Assembly: GCA_963791045.1 (NCBI GenBank)
Contig: CAWBQK010000001.1
Location: 64,001-128,000 of the forward strand
DNA: 64,000 bases
Direction: 5' to 3'
Source: Candidatus Latescibacterota bacterium
GTDB taxonomy: Bacteria > Krumholzibacteriota > Krumholzibacteriia > WVZY01
A program made the position numbers and the translations under genes. Under the pieces are notes generated by a model, which worked only from the letters and a program-made list of their open reading frames with translations, was not told where the DNA came from and ran no database searches. Below are positions 1-9,961 of this stretch, piece by piece; within the stretch, counting starts at the first letter, position 1; every line of letters starts with the position of its first letter.

Positions 1-34
1 CCGACAAACACAAATCAAACACGAAAGAAGAGGT

Positions 35-2421
35 ATGAAAAAAGATTCCGCTCCTGACAAAGACACGCGCGGGGATGTAAAACACAAGAACGACATGGTG
101 ACGGATTCGGTGGCTTCCCTTAACGCGTTCGATGAACTTCGAGTTGGACCCGCGCGATTGGAAGCACGGCGACTTTCCGCCGCCTACACCGTCGTTCAGG
201 GAGACAAACAAGACACGATCGACCTCGTTTACAGTTATGAAGAAAACGTTTTCGAACCAGAAAATCCCGTAGACCAGAATCTTGCCGACATGATCGCTGC
301 ACAGCTTGCTCTGAACTACGGTTTGTTTTGCACGCGGATTGTATTCGAAGGCACGTTCGATCCCGTCGATCGCCGCTTTCTCCGCGACATGGCGGAAAAC
401 ACGGCAAGAGAGATCTACGTAAACAAGTTTCTTGAGCCGAACCCTTTTCTCTTCGGACCGGCATCGCAGTTGACCCCCACTAAACTCAACCGGTTTTGTC
501 TGGCGGATCTCGTTTTCGCCAGCGAAAAACACAAACCCACAATCGGCTGGAGTCCCAAGAGAGCGCCCATAGCCGTGTCGCAATCTTGTCGAGCGGAGGA
601 AAAGACAGTTTGTTGAGTTACGGCCTATTGAATGAACTCGGATACGAAGTTCATCCCATTTTCGGCAATGAGTCGGGCCGTCACTGGTTTACCGCGCTGA
701 ACGCACACCGTCATTTTGAAGCCCACGTCCCGAACACTTCCAAGGTCTGGATGAATACGGATCGTATCTTCTCCTGGATGCTCCGCCACATTCCTTTCGT
801 CCGAAAAGATTTCGAAAACGTCCGCTCGGACGAATATCCGATCCGGTTATGGACGGTGGCGTTATTCCTTTTTGGCTCGCTCCCAATGGTCCGTAAAAGA
901 AACGCCGGCCGTATCGTCATCGGCGACGAGTTCGACACCACGGTTCGAACGTCCAAGCACGCCATCACGCACTACAATGGGCTCTTCGATCAAAGCAGAT
1001 TCTTCGACAACTATTTGAGCCGCTTCTTTTCCCGCAAACGATGGCGTTTGAGCCAGTTTTCACTCGTTCGACAACTCTCGGAACTCTTGATCGAACGCGT
1101 GCTGATCGCCCGCTATCCCGAGCTCTTCGCGCACCAGGTGTCGTGCCACGCGGCGCACATCGTCGAGTCACGTGTCCACCCCTGCGGAAAATGTGAGAAG
1201 TGCCGCCGTATCGTCGGGATGGTGGTGGCGAACGGAGGGAACCCTGGGGTCTGCGGGTACAACGAGGATCAGATCAGGAGTTGCCTGGAGTCGATCGTCA
1301 AGAAAGGCGTGCACCAGGAACGCCCGGCGGCCGAACATATGATCTGGGCACTCGCTAAACGCAGAAAAATCAATCTCCAACCGGGGCAAAAGGCAAACCC
1401 ACGCCCCGAGGTGATGAAGCTAAGATTCGACCCTATCCGATCTCCGCTCGACGGGATTCCGCAGGATATTCGTGTTCCGCTCTTCCGCGTTCTTCTTGAA
1501 CATGCGGACGGCGCCGTTCGCCGATCGGGCCGGATTTGGGTCGACTTCGACCCGCTGACCGACCCGTCGCTTCATCGCCCTTACCTGTTCGAGAGATCGC
1601 GCCCAAACCGGAACCCGTCCAGTCCGCAATCGTCCCATTCGGAAACCTACATGCTTGGCGAAATGAACTGGCCCGAGGCCCAGCGGAGACTCGCCGAGGT
1701 GGATGTTGCCTTGCTTCCCGTCGGAGCCATAGAGCAGCACGGCCCTCACCTCCCGCTGGACACCGATGCTTTCGACGCGGATTATCTCGCAAAACTCGTG
1801 GCATCTCATTGCTCGGATCCAAAACCAGTCGTGCTGCCGCTCATACCTTACGGCGTGTCCTATCATCACAACGACTTCAGCGGCACAATAAGCATCCGCA
1901 ACGAGACACTGGCGAGCATGGTGTATGAAATAGGGATGGGCGCGTCACGAAACGGCATCACAAAGCTCGTCATCATCAACGGGCACGGCGGCAATGATCC
2001 ATCGCTTCATTTTGCGGCGCAGAAAATCAATCGCGACGCCCACATTTTCGTGTGCGTCGACAGCGGAGAAACAAGCGACGTGGATATCTACGCCATGATT
2101 GACACGCCCAACGACGTCCACGCGGGCGAAATCGAAACGAGCACCAGCCTCGCAACGCGCCCGGAGTTGGTGAAGATGGATAAATTGAAGCCGTTTGTCC
2201 CGGAGTTCTCGAGCCGCTATCTCGATTTTACTTCGAAACGGGGCATCACCTGGTATGCGTTTACGAACAAGATTTCGGCATCCGGCGTGATGGGTGATCC
2301 CACCAAAGCCACCGCCGAAAAAGGCAAGAAGATGTGGGACGTGATGACGCGCAATCTGGTCGAGTTTGTGGAGGAACTCAAACAATTGACGCTCGACGAG
2401 ATCTATCAAAAACGTTACTAA
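35..2421 (+). CDS. MurL/QueC-like PP-loop ATPase domain fused to a C-terminal creatininase-family amidohydrolase; one frame break near 550-575 joins ORFs 35..616 and 496..2421
   Basis: PP-loop SSGGKDS, FSLVRQLSELLI, SCH and CGKCEKC motifs. Creatininase motifs GAIEQHGPHLPLDTD, NGHGGN and HAGEIETS. RBS (GAGG) precedes ATG 35. Confidence 0.75.
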
Positions 2422-2439
2422 ACGCATGGGACAATCAAA

Positions 2440-3504
2440 TTGAAAATCACCCGAATCGAAGCCTGGCCGGTGGAAATGCGGCTAAATGAGCCGTACACGA
2501 TCGCGTATGAGACCGTTGAAACAGCTGTCAATGTTTTCATTCGAATTGAAACGGATCGCGGAATAACCGGATACGGATGTTCCGCACCCGATCTCCAGAT
2601 CACCGGCGAGGATCCGGACGGCGTAATCGAAGCGGTGACCGTAATCGCGGAACCGATTCTCAAGGGTTCCGATCCCCTGCGGCTGGCGCGTCTTATCGAG
2701 AAACTGAAGGACCAGGTCAAGAACCAGCCGGCCGCCGTGGCCGGAATCGACATGGCGCTTCATGACATCCTCGGGAAATATTGCGGTCTTCCTCTGTGGA
2801 AGCTTCTCGGCGGATTCAGAACGTGTTTCAAAACCAGCATCACGATTGGAATCCTGCCCATCGAGGAAACACTCGACAGCGCCCGTCAGTGGTTGAGCCA
2901 AGGGTTTACAGCTCTAAAAATCAAGGGCGGGGCAAACGTCGATGAGGACATCGAGCGGCTGCGCCGGCTCAGAAAATCGGTGGGCCCACGGATTGAGATC
3001 CGCTTCGACGCCAACCAGGGGTATACCGTCGAAGAAACACTCCGGTTTGTGGAGGCCATGCGCGAAGTCAAACTCGAACTCATCGAACAACCGACCTCCA
3101 AAAACGAGCCTGATCTTCTCGGAGCCGTAACAAAAAACGTGTCTCTCCCCGTGATGGCCGACGAAAGCCTCGTAAACCTTCGCGACGCGTTCCGGCTCGC
3201 GAAGAAAGACCTCGTGGACATGGTCAACATCAAGCTGATGAAAGTTGGCGGTATCTATGAGGCCCTTCTCGTCAACGGGGTCGCTAGATCGGCGGGGCTC
3301 GAAGCGATGGTCGGTTGTATGGACGAGGCCGCTCTCAGCATCGCCGCGGGACTCCACTTTGCGCTCGCCCGCCCGAATGTCGCCTACTGTGATCTCGACG
3401 GACATCTCGCCCTCGAGGGCGACCCTTCCGACGGTGCGGTGATCATCCGGAACGGTTACCTGTATCCGACCAACAAACCGGGCCTGGGATTCGACCTTGC
3501 ATGA
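2440..3504 (+). CDS. Dipeptide (L-Ala-D/L-Glu) epimerase family, enolase superfamily
   Basis: KIK catalytic motif, DANQG, EQP, DES, NIKLMK, GCM and DLDG motifs. Confidence 0.9.
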   Translation: MKITRIEAWPVEMRLNEPYTIAYETVETAVNVFIRIETDRGITGYGCSAPDLQITGEDPDGVIEAVTVIAEPILKGSDPLRLARLIEKLKDQVKNQPAAVAGIDMALHDILGKYCGLPLWKLLGGFRTCFKTSITIGILPIEETLDSARQWLSQGFTALKIKGGANVDEDIERLRRLRKSVGPRIEIRFDANQGYTVEETLRFVEAMREVKLELIEQPTSKNEPDLLGAVTKNVSLPVMADESLVNLRDAFRLAKKDLVDMVNIKLMKVGGIYEALLVNGVARSAGLEAMVGCMDEAALSIAAGLHFALARPNVAYCDLDGHLALEGDPSDGAVIIRNGYLYPTNKPGLGFDLA

Positions 3505-3535
3505 CATTCCCTTCCCCGTGATTTTGAACGGCTGG

Positions 3536-3578
3536 ACAAGAAAAAGCATCCCTCCGCGCGAGGGATGCTTTTTCTTGT
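3536..3578. terminator. Bidirectional intrinsic terminator between convergent genes
   Basis: 19-bp perfect inverted repeat ACAAGAAAAAGCATCCCTC / GAGGGATGCTTTTTCTTGT. Confidence 0.85.
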
Positions 3579-3616
3579 ACCTCTCTAATCCGCTACTCCG
3601 GCCAAAACGCCCGTTG

Positions 3617-4828
3617 TCAGGCGAGCGCTTTCGCGATCATTTCGACGAGCCAGCCAATCTGGTCTTCATCGATGATGAGCGGCGGAGCAAAACGAATCGT
3701 CGTCTCATGGGTCTCTTTGGCGAGAATACCCAGATCTTTTAGTTTCTCGGTATACTGCCTCGCCTTCCCCGCCTCGTCCGTGAGTTCGATGGCGTTGAGA
3801 AGACCCATCCCGCGGACCTCTTTGATCTTATCGGTGTCGATGGCGCGGAGTCCTTCGCGGAACTTCTCACCAAGAACCACGGCCCGCTCGTCGAGCTTTT
3901 CGTCGATAAGAACGTCCAGAGCCGCCATTCCAACCGCGCAGGCGACCGGGTTCCCGCCAAACGTGCTGCCGTGCTCACCGGGTCCAATGACCGACATGAC
4001 ATCCTTGGACGCAAGCGCAGCCGACACGGGGTAAACACCACCGCCGAGCGCCTTGCCAACCATCATGATGTCCGGTTTTACATTCTCGTGCATCCAGCAG
4101 AACATCTTGCCCGTCCGGCAAAATCCAGTCTGGACTTCATCGAGCATGAGAAGGACGTTGTGCTTCTCGCAAATTGCTTTGACCTTTGTCAGGTAACCTG
4201 GGCTCGGGACCTTTACGCCTGCCTCGCCCTGGATCGGTTCCACCAGGAACCCCACCGTGTTCTCGGTGATGGCCGCTTCCAACGCCTCGACGTCGTCGTA
4301 CGGAATCACCTTGAACCCCGGCGTCGCGGGACCGAACCCGTCGTGCGCGATGGGGTCGGTCGAAAACCCGACAATCGTCGTGGTCCGCCCGTGGAAGTTC
4401 TCCTCGCAGACAATGATCTCCGCCTTGTTGTCGGCGACACCCTTCTTTTGGTAGCCCCATTTTCTTGCGATTTTAATTGCCGTCTCAACAGCCTCGGCGC
4501 CGGTGTTCATCGGAAGCGCGATTTCCATTTGACAGACATCGGTGAGTTGTTTGAGATACGGTCCGAGCATGTCGTTGTGGAACGCCCGGCTCGTGAGCGT
4601 CAAACGATCCGCCTGGTCCTTGAGGGCCGCGATCAACTTAGGGTGCCTGTGACCCTGGTTCACCGCACTGTACGCCGACAGGCAATCCATGTACTTCCTG
4701 TCTTCGGGATCCCACACCCAGACACCATCGGCCTTGCTTATCACGACCGGGATCGGGTGATAGTTGTGTGCACCGTACGTGTTTTCGAGATCCATGTAGT
4801 ACTGAGAGCCTTTGGCGGCTGTTTTCAT
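3617..4828 (-). CDS. rocD: Ornithine--oxo-acid aminotransferase (class III PLP)
   Basis: GAHNYHPIP, LSAYSAVNQGH, MNTGAEAVE, EPIQGEAG, DEVQTG and PGEHGSTFGGNP. Confidence 0.92.
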   Translation of the reverse strand: MKTAAKGSQYYMDLENTYGAHNYHPIPVVISKADGVWVWDPEDRKYMDCLSAYSAVNQGHRHPKLIAALKDQADRLTLTSRAFHNDMLGPYLKQLTDVCQMEIALPMNTGAEAVETAIKIARKWGYQKKGVADNKAEIIVCEENFHGRTTTIVGFSTDPIAHDGFGPATPGFKVIPYDDVEALEAAITENTVGFLVEPIQGEAGVKVPSPGYLTKVKAICEKHNVLLMLDEVQTGFCRTGKMFCWMHENVKPDIMMVGKALGGGVYPVSAALASKDVMSVIGPGEHGSTFGGNPVACAVGMAALDVLIDEKLDERAVVLGEKFREGLRAIDTDKIKEVRGMGLLNAIELTDEAGKARQYTEKLKDLGILAKETHETTIRFAPPLIIDEDQIGWLVEMIAKALA

Positions 4829-6150
4829 AGCTCCTCTTTCCTTTCCTTGAAGATCACATTGTACGGCTCGAGGGCATCAAGAATCGGATTGTAGATACCC
4901 GGGGACACCGGAACATGACAACCCTTGTCGGTGATCTTCCCATCGAGGATCATCTTGACGGCGATCGCCGCCGGAAGCGAAACGGTCCGCGCGATCGATG
5001 TGTCCTCGCCGGGAATCCCGTAATCGACGAGTGTTGACGTGAGGAACTCTTTCTTTCCGCCCGAGAACTCGGCGACAAATTCGTGATGCATGACAATCAT
5101 ATCCCGCTCATTCTCGCCAATCGACATCATGTCAAGGGTGAGAGCGTTCAGGTAATCGAGCGGATTATCCTTGTCCTTGGGCAAAGGCCGGTCGCTAAAG
5201 AGACCCAGCCAACCAAAACGCTTGATGACGGTCGCATAGGGTTCCACACCGAGGAATTTCGCCGTCGCCAGGGCAATGTCTTCGCCCGGTTTGGCGCCAA
5301 CGAGTTTGGCGGTCACATCACCATAGGTGCTCCCCGAGAAGCCGTCGACGGCATCTTCGCTCAACCATCCGAGGGCGACGATCTTGCGCATGGTCTCGCA
5401 CCAGCCGGTCATCCTGAAGGTGCCGCGGTATACGGTCTCCGAATGGTCCAGGCCGTAGATTTCTTTGTAAGGCACTGAATTCCGGTTTGGATAGTTTTCG
5501 AACGCTCCGACCTCCGGAACATTCTGAACATAGTAGTTTTCAAACAGCTGCTCGCCGGGAACGATGACTTCTTCGCCGTCCGCGAGCCAACGAGCCGAAT
5601 TCTTCGAAGCGAGAAGCACGCCGCGCGGCGACCACGAGAACTTGTACCCGAAGGGGTTCGTGTTCGCTTCGTGCGAGGGAAGCGCGCCGGTCGACGACCG
5701 GAAGCTAACAACTTTTCCGTTCCTGCCCTCGACGTCATGGATGATCCGCATCGCCGACATGTGATCGATTCCCGGATCGAGACCACACTCGTTGAGAAGC
5801 ATCACACCGGCTTCCTTCGCTTCGGCGTCGAGCGCCTTCATTTCGTCGCTGACATACGACGTCGTGACCATCTGTTTCTTGTGCTTGATACAGAACTTGG
5901 CCACCGTAACGTGGTACGCGTACGGAACGAGACTGACAACAACGTCGGAGTTCTTGATTTCGGCTTCCATGCCCGCGAGGTCCTCGACATCGAGTGTCTT
6001 GGCGATTCCACGCGGATGACCGTCGATCATTTTCTCAGCTTTGCTCACCGTTCGCGTCGCAACGACGAGTTCGATATCCGGCTGATCGAGCAAAAATCTC
6101 ACCAGCGGTCGCGTAACCAATCCGGCTCCAAACACCACTACCTTTGACAT
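4825..6150 (-). CDS. Saccharopine dehydrogenase (glutamate-forming; Lys9/AASS SDH-domain type)
   Basis: GAGLV Rossmann motif, ECGLDPGIDHM, NPFGYKFSWSPRGVL, YPNRNS, RGTFR. Confidence 0.88.
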   Translation of the reverse strand: MSKVVVFGAGLVTRPLVRFLLDQPDIELVVATRTVSKAEKMIDGHPRGIAKTLDVEDLAGMEAEIKNSDVVVSLVPYAYHVTVAKFCIKHKKQMVTTSYVSDEMKALDAEAKEAGVMLLNECGLDPGIDHMSAMRIIHDVEGRNGKVVSFRSSTGALPSHEANTNPFGYKFSWSPRGVLLASKNSARWLADGEEVIVPGEQLFENYYVQNVPEVGAFENYPNRNSVPYKEIYGLDHSETVYRGTFRMTGWCETMRKIVALGWLSEDAVDGFSGSTYGDVTAKLVGAKPGEDIALATAKFLGVEPYATVIKRFGWLGLFSDRPLPKDKDNPLDYLNALTLDMMSIGENERDMIVMHHEFVAEFSGGKKEFLTSTLVDYGIPGEDTSIARTVSLPAAIAVKMILDGKITDKGCHVPVSPGIYNPILDALEPYNVIFKERKEEL

Positions 6151-6183
6151 GCGATACCTCCCTTTACGTGTGCAATTGGAGCA

Positions 6184-7485
6184 TTAGTCCAAAAAGTTGC
6201 TAATATACTCGTAGTCCGGGGTCAGCTTTCCCCGGTGGAGAATTAAAGCTTTCTTTATCGGCGCCGGCAATTCGAGATCATCGAAGTCGACACCGAAATC
6301 CGCTTCGGCAATCGCCGGAATGAATTCCTTGAGAACATTACTGAAATACGCCGACGCGTCCCGCGGAAGTTCTGACGGGAGAATGTCCACCGCCATTATC
6401 ACGGGACCGTTGCCTTCGACGCCGTCCGTGACCGAGTCGGTGGCGGGATCCCACACAAAGCACGGATCGCCGGGCTCAGTCGCTTTGGCCGTCGCCTCGA
6501 TCGAGCCGTCGATGTCGCAGCTGATGTCGCCGATAACCTTGAGCCGCCCGTTGTTCCAGCGGTTCTTCAGGTAATCTTTTGTAACCAGCCGCGGGTACTT
6601 CTCATCCCAATAGATACAATTTACGAGAACGGACAGGTTGGGCAAATAGTTCTCGAAAATACCAACGTATTTCTCGGGATGATCATAGTAGTCCTGGAGC
6701 TCGAAAGAATCGCCTTCGTTTTTCGGAACGACCATGTCTTCTTCTTTGAACACGACTTTGAATATGGTGTTCCTCGCGCCCGGTGTGTCCGACGTAATGG
6801 ACGACAGATCGGCCGGCGACACCTCTTTTGTCGGAAGAACATCGAGCATTTCCTGCGCGCCCATCGCCACGTTTCCGTACCCGGCAAAACCGACCGTCAG
6901 TGGAAGCACCTCTTCGGGAAGCCCGCCGGACTCTATCCAATGGCCAATCACTTCGAGCGCTGTTTTGATTTCTCTTATCGAACCGTATTCGTGAGGCTGC
7001 TTGAGCGCCGTGAGAGGGTTCTTAAAACCGTCCTTCTTCAACCGCTGACCGAGCGCGACAAGTGACTCGATCATCCCTGCAACCCCAGCATGCCAACCAA
7101 AGAAAATCAACCGCCTGTTCTTGTCATCGACGACGCGTTCGTAATCGATGAGCTGACAGCCGAGCTCCATCATTCTCTTGAGCATCGCCATGTTGTAGGA
7201 TTGCCCTTTGATCGTATGCGAAAAGAAGACGTAAGTTCCGTTCTCGAAAAAGAACGTGGCCGGCATCTCCTTGACGGCAATCACAGTGGGACATTTCGAG
7301 AGGTCTTCCTCTATCGTCGCTCCCGCGGCAACATATTCATCTTCAACGATCACTCGAATGTCGGAGGGTTGGACGACGACATCGACGCCGCGCTCTTTCA
7401 ACTCCCGCACGTGTTCGGGAATAAGGGGCACACGCCGTTCCCAGATACTCTTGTCCTCACGCCTGATTCCGATGCAGTGCGACAT
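6184..7485 (-). CDS. Lysine-ketoglutarate reductase (AASS LKR-domain type)
   Basis: GIRREDKSIWERRVPLIP, FFSHTIKGQ, LIDYE, GYGNV, DISCD, AVDILPSELPRDAS. Confidence 0.85.
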   Translation of the reverse strand: MSHCIGIRREDKSIWERRVPLIPEHVRELKERGVDVVVQPSDIRVIVEDEYVAAGATIEEDLSKCPTVIAVKEMPATFFFENGTYVFFSHTIKGQSYNMAMLKRMMELGCQLIDYERVVDDKNRRLIFFGWHAGVAGMIESLVALGQRLKKDGFKNPLTALKQPHEYGSIREIKTALEVIGHWIESGGLPEEVLPLTVGFAGYGNVAMGAQEMLDVLPTKEVSPADLSSITSDTPGARNTIFKVVFKEEDMVVPKNEGDSFELQDYYDHPEKYVGIFENYLPNLSVLVNCIYWDEKYPRLVTKDYLKNRWNNGRLKVIGDISCDIDGSIEATAKATEPGDPCFVWDPATDSVTDGVEGNGPVIMAVDILPSELPRDASAYFSNVLKEFIPAIAEADFGVDFDDLELPAPIKKALILHRGKLTPDYEYISNFLD

Positions 7486-7600
7486 CGCTCACGCCTCCAA
7501 ACGAACGTGTTAAAATTATAATTACGGTGGGGGAAAGGGTCGTAGACCGCATAAAGACGGACACTCCTCAAGAGTGCCCGCTCACCGTCTGGTCCCATAC

Positions 7601-7630
7601 AGGCTAGCCGAGGTAGCCCCCGAATGTCAA
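7601..7630 (-). promoter_or_regulatory. Putative sigma70 promoter for the LKR-SDH-rocD operon
   Basis: TTGACA, 18 nt, TAGCCT on the minus strand. Confidence 0.5.
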
Positions 7631-7675
7631 GCGTGATCGGTTGTCAGGGGCGGGTTTACCGCGGATCGTTCGCGC

Positions 7676-9214
7676 TCATTCCGGGGCGGCCGTATCGGAC
7701 GCGGGCTCCTCACCGGCGCCCGAATCGAAAACGATTTCTCCATCCAGTACCGTCTTGCGAACACCGATGGCGTCGAGGTCCTCGCCCAGCGGGTTCCCCG
7801 AAAGCACGACGAAATCAGCAAGACGCCCCGGCTCGAGTATTCCGGCATTCCTCTCGTGCGCGGCGAGCGCGTGGGGCCGAGATGTGTAACACCCGATGGC
7901 GAGCTGTGGCGTCAGCCGTTCCTCTTCGACCGGATGCTCGATTGCGCCTTTCATCCCGAAAAGCGGTCCGGCAGGCATCCCGTCGGAGCCAAACACGCAC
8001 GGGATCCCCGCGTCGATCATCGACCGGTACGGATTGCACCAGCGATTGCGGTCCTTACCCAACCGCCTCTCGTTGAGGCCGGCCGGGCCGCCCCAGTTGC
8101 GGATAAAATTGGGTTGGAGAGACACGAATACCGGCGCGGATTTGAGGCTTTCAATCTGGGCCGTGCCGGCAACTTCGCAGTGTTCCATACGGAAAAGATG
8201 GCTGTCGGCCGGAAAAGTCTTGAAGACAGCTGCCGCCTGGTCGATCGCGCGGTCGCCGATCGCGTGAATGGCGAGCACATATCCGTTCTCCGAGCATTCC
8301 TCGCCCAGAGCACGGATGACTTCCTTGCGCATGAGAAGCGTGCCCCAACCGCTACCGTCCGCATAGTCGGCGTTTAGCGCGGCGGTACGCCCGCCTAGCG
8401 ATCCGTCGAGAAAGCTCTTCAACCCCGCGAGCCTCAGGTCTTTCGCCCCGGATTCCTCGCATGTCCGACGGTAATATTCGAGATGACGGGGTGTCGAATG
8501 GAGCAGGACATCGATCCTGAGCGGAACGGACGACGAAGCGACGCCCTTTGTGTAGATCTCGAAATTTTCCGGTTCCACGATGTCGTGAATCGTGGTGATA
8601 CCCAACTTGTGCAGATCCCGGATCGCCTCTTCAATGCTCGTAATGACACTTTCGGGTTCGGGCGTCCAAAGCCTTCCCGCTTCCCATAGCGCATGCTCGA
8701 CGACCGTTCCCGAATCCTCATCGATAAGATCGGGGCGTTTGGGCATACGACCGAGAAGAGTCGAATTCAGCACACCAACGTGTCCGCAAATCCGTCTCGC
8801 CAACACCGGTTTGTCCGCATTGACACCGTCGAGCATTACCCGTGTCGGGAGCCCCACCTCCTGCCAGCGGCTCTCATCGAAGTCGACACCCATAATAAAT
8901 GATGCGTCGGGATTTTCCGCCGCCCAGCCGGCAAGCAGTTCGCACACACCACGCGCCGACGTGGCGCTCGACAAATCGCAACGAAGCTTGTTGAGCGCAA
9001 CCGCCGTCAGATGGATGTGTGTATCGACAAAACCCGGCAGGACAAAGCCGAGGTCGAGATCTACACGTTCGACATCGTCTCCGAGATCATCGGGCATCGC
9101 CGCCCCGGGGCCGACAATCGCCTGGATCTCGTTGTCCGAAACAACCAGCGACGCCCTTTCGAAATCTCCGACCTCCGTATACACCCAGCCGTTTTCAAAA
9201 ATCTTTTTATTCAT
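7676..9214 (-). CDS. Metal-dependent amidohydrolase (YtcJ/Amidohydro_3-like)
   Basis: PGFVDTHIH, KSFLDGSLGGRTAAL, HAIGDRA, RMEH, FGSD, GRLADFVVL. Likely start MNKKIF at 9214. Confidence 0.88.
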   Translation of the reverse strand: MNKKIFENGWVYTEVGDFERASLVVSDNEIQAIVGPGAAMPDDLGDDVERVDLDLGFVLPGFVDTHIHLTAVALNKLRCDLSSATSARGVCELLAGWAAENPDASFIMGVDFDESRWQEVGLPTRVMLDGVNADKPVLARRICGHVGVLNSTLLGRMPKRPDLIDEDSGTVVEHALWEAGRLWTPEPESVITSIEEAIRDLHKLGITTIHDIVEPENFEIYTKGVASSSVPLRIDVLLHSTPRHLEYYRRTCEESGAKDLRLAGLKSFLDGSLGGRTAALNADYADGSGWGTLLMRKEVIRALGEECSENGYVLAIHAIGDRAIDQAAAVFKTFPADSHLFRMEHCEVAGTAQIESLKSAPVFVSLQPNFIRNWGGPAGLNERRLGKDRNRWCNPYRSMIDAGIPCVFGSDGMPAGPLFGMKGAIEHPVEEERLTPQLAIGCYTSRPHALAAHERNAGILEPGRLADFVVLSGNPLGEDLDAIGVRKTVLDGEIVFDSGAGEEPASDTAAPE

Positions 9215-9360
9215 GGCAATATTCCAGCAGTCTAGTTTTTTTTGGGCCATAAAAGTTCGAGGCTCCTGATCAAGGAGCCTCGTTCCCATTCCCGGTAAAT
9301 GCTGTTCCGGTTGGCTTGACTCGAGCACTCCACCGTCGATGCTCTCACAAGCCGATACTT

Positions 9361-9717
9361 CTAATCAATATGATTTGCTTCCGGTGGAAAACGGCGGGTT
9401 TTCAGCAAATTCCCTTCTTTATCAAACCAGTATTCGACACCCACACTGTAGTACTTCCAACGCTCGGTCTGTCGGCCGGCGGAATTGTAACGGAGACGGT
9501 GCGGGGTATACCCCAAAGTGTCGAAAATAACTAATTTATCGTTCTTCAGATTTTTACGTAACGACATTCGTCGCACGTACTTACGTCCCCTCTTGCCACG
9601 CTGGTGCTTCATGCCGTCCGGATAGGTTCTGGGCTCGCGATCGAGCCGCCCACCCGCGAAGACAGAGGTGCTAAGAAGGAAGATAAGTCCTAATCCGAGC
9701 AGAAATGCTCGTTTCAT
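9361..9717 (-). CDS. Small secreted hypothetical protein
   Basis: AGGAG RBS, signal peptide MKRAFLLGLGLIFLLSTSVFA, C-terminal G-x-x-P...ERWKY motif. Confidence 0.65.
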   Translation of the reverse strand: MKRAFLLGLGLIFLLSTSVFAGGRLDREPRTYPDGMKHQRGKRGRKYVRRMSLRKNLKNDKLVIFDTLGYTPHRLRYNSAGRQTERWKYYSVGVEYWFDKEGNLLKTRRFPPEANHID

Positions 9718-9772
9718 GGCCTTTGCTCCTTGATGCTTGCCTGTAGATGAGGCCAATTGAGTTTGATGCCTA

Positions 9773-9802
9773 ATTGTACCACAGAATCGCCCGCAAAAGC
9801 AA
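9773..9802 (-). promoter_or_regulatory. Putative sigma70 promoter with extended -10
   Basis: TTGCTT, 18 nt, TACAAT preceded by TG. Confidence 0.5.
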
Positions 9803-9891
9803 GCATAAGAAGAGGTTTAGAAACGCGTAACACCGCAAGGATATGCGGAGTTCTTGGGTTCATCATCCAGTTAACGCAAGGTCATTCCCGC

Positions 9892-9932
9892 AAAGAAAAC
9901 GGCCGCCGGACGTACTCGATGTCCGGCGACCG
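9892..9932 (-). terminator. Intrinsic terminator after the LVIVD protein gene
   Basis: GC-rich stem CGGTCGCCGGAC / GTCCGGCGGCCG followed by TTTTCTTT on the minus strand. Confidence 0.7.
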
Positions 9933-9961
9933 CTGAAGGCTTGATCCGCCCAAAATACCGC

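Noticed and set aside
496-1400. Calling the PP-loop domain QueC because tgt and queA are in the window
   Set aside because: The domain is much larger, its motifs fit MurL-like proteins better, there is no queD/E/F, and tgt/queA are over 20 kb away in their usual context.
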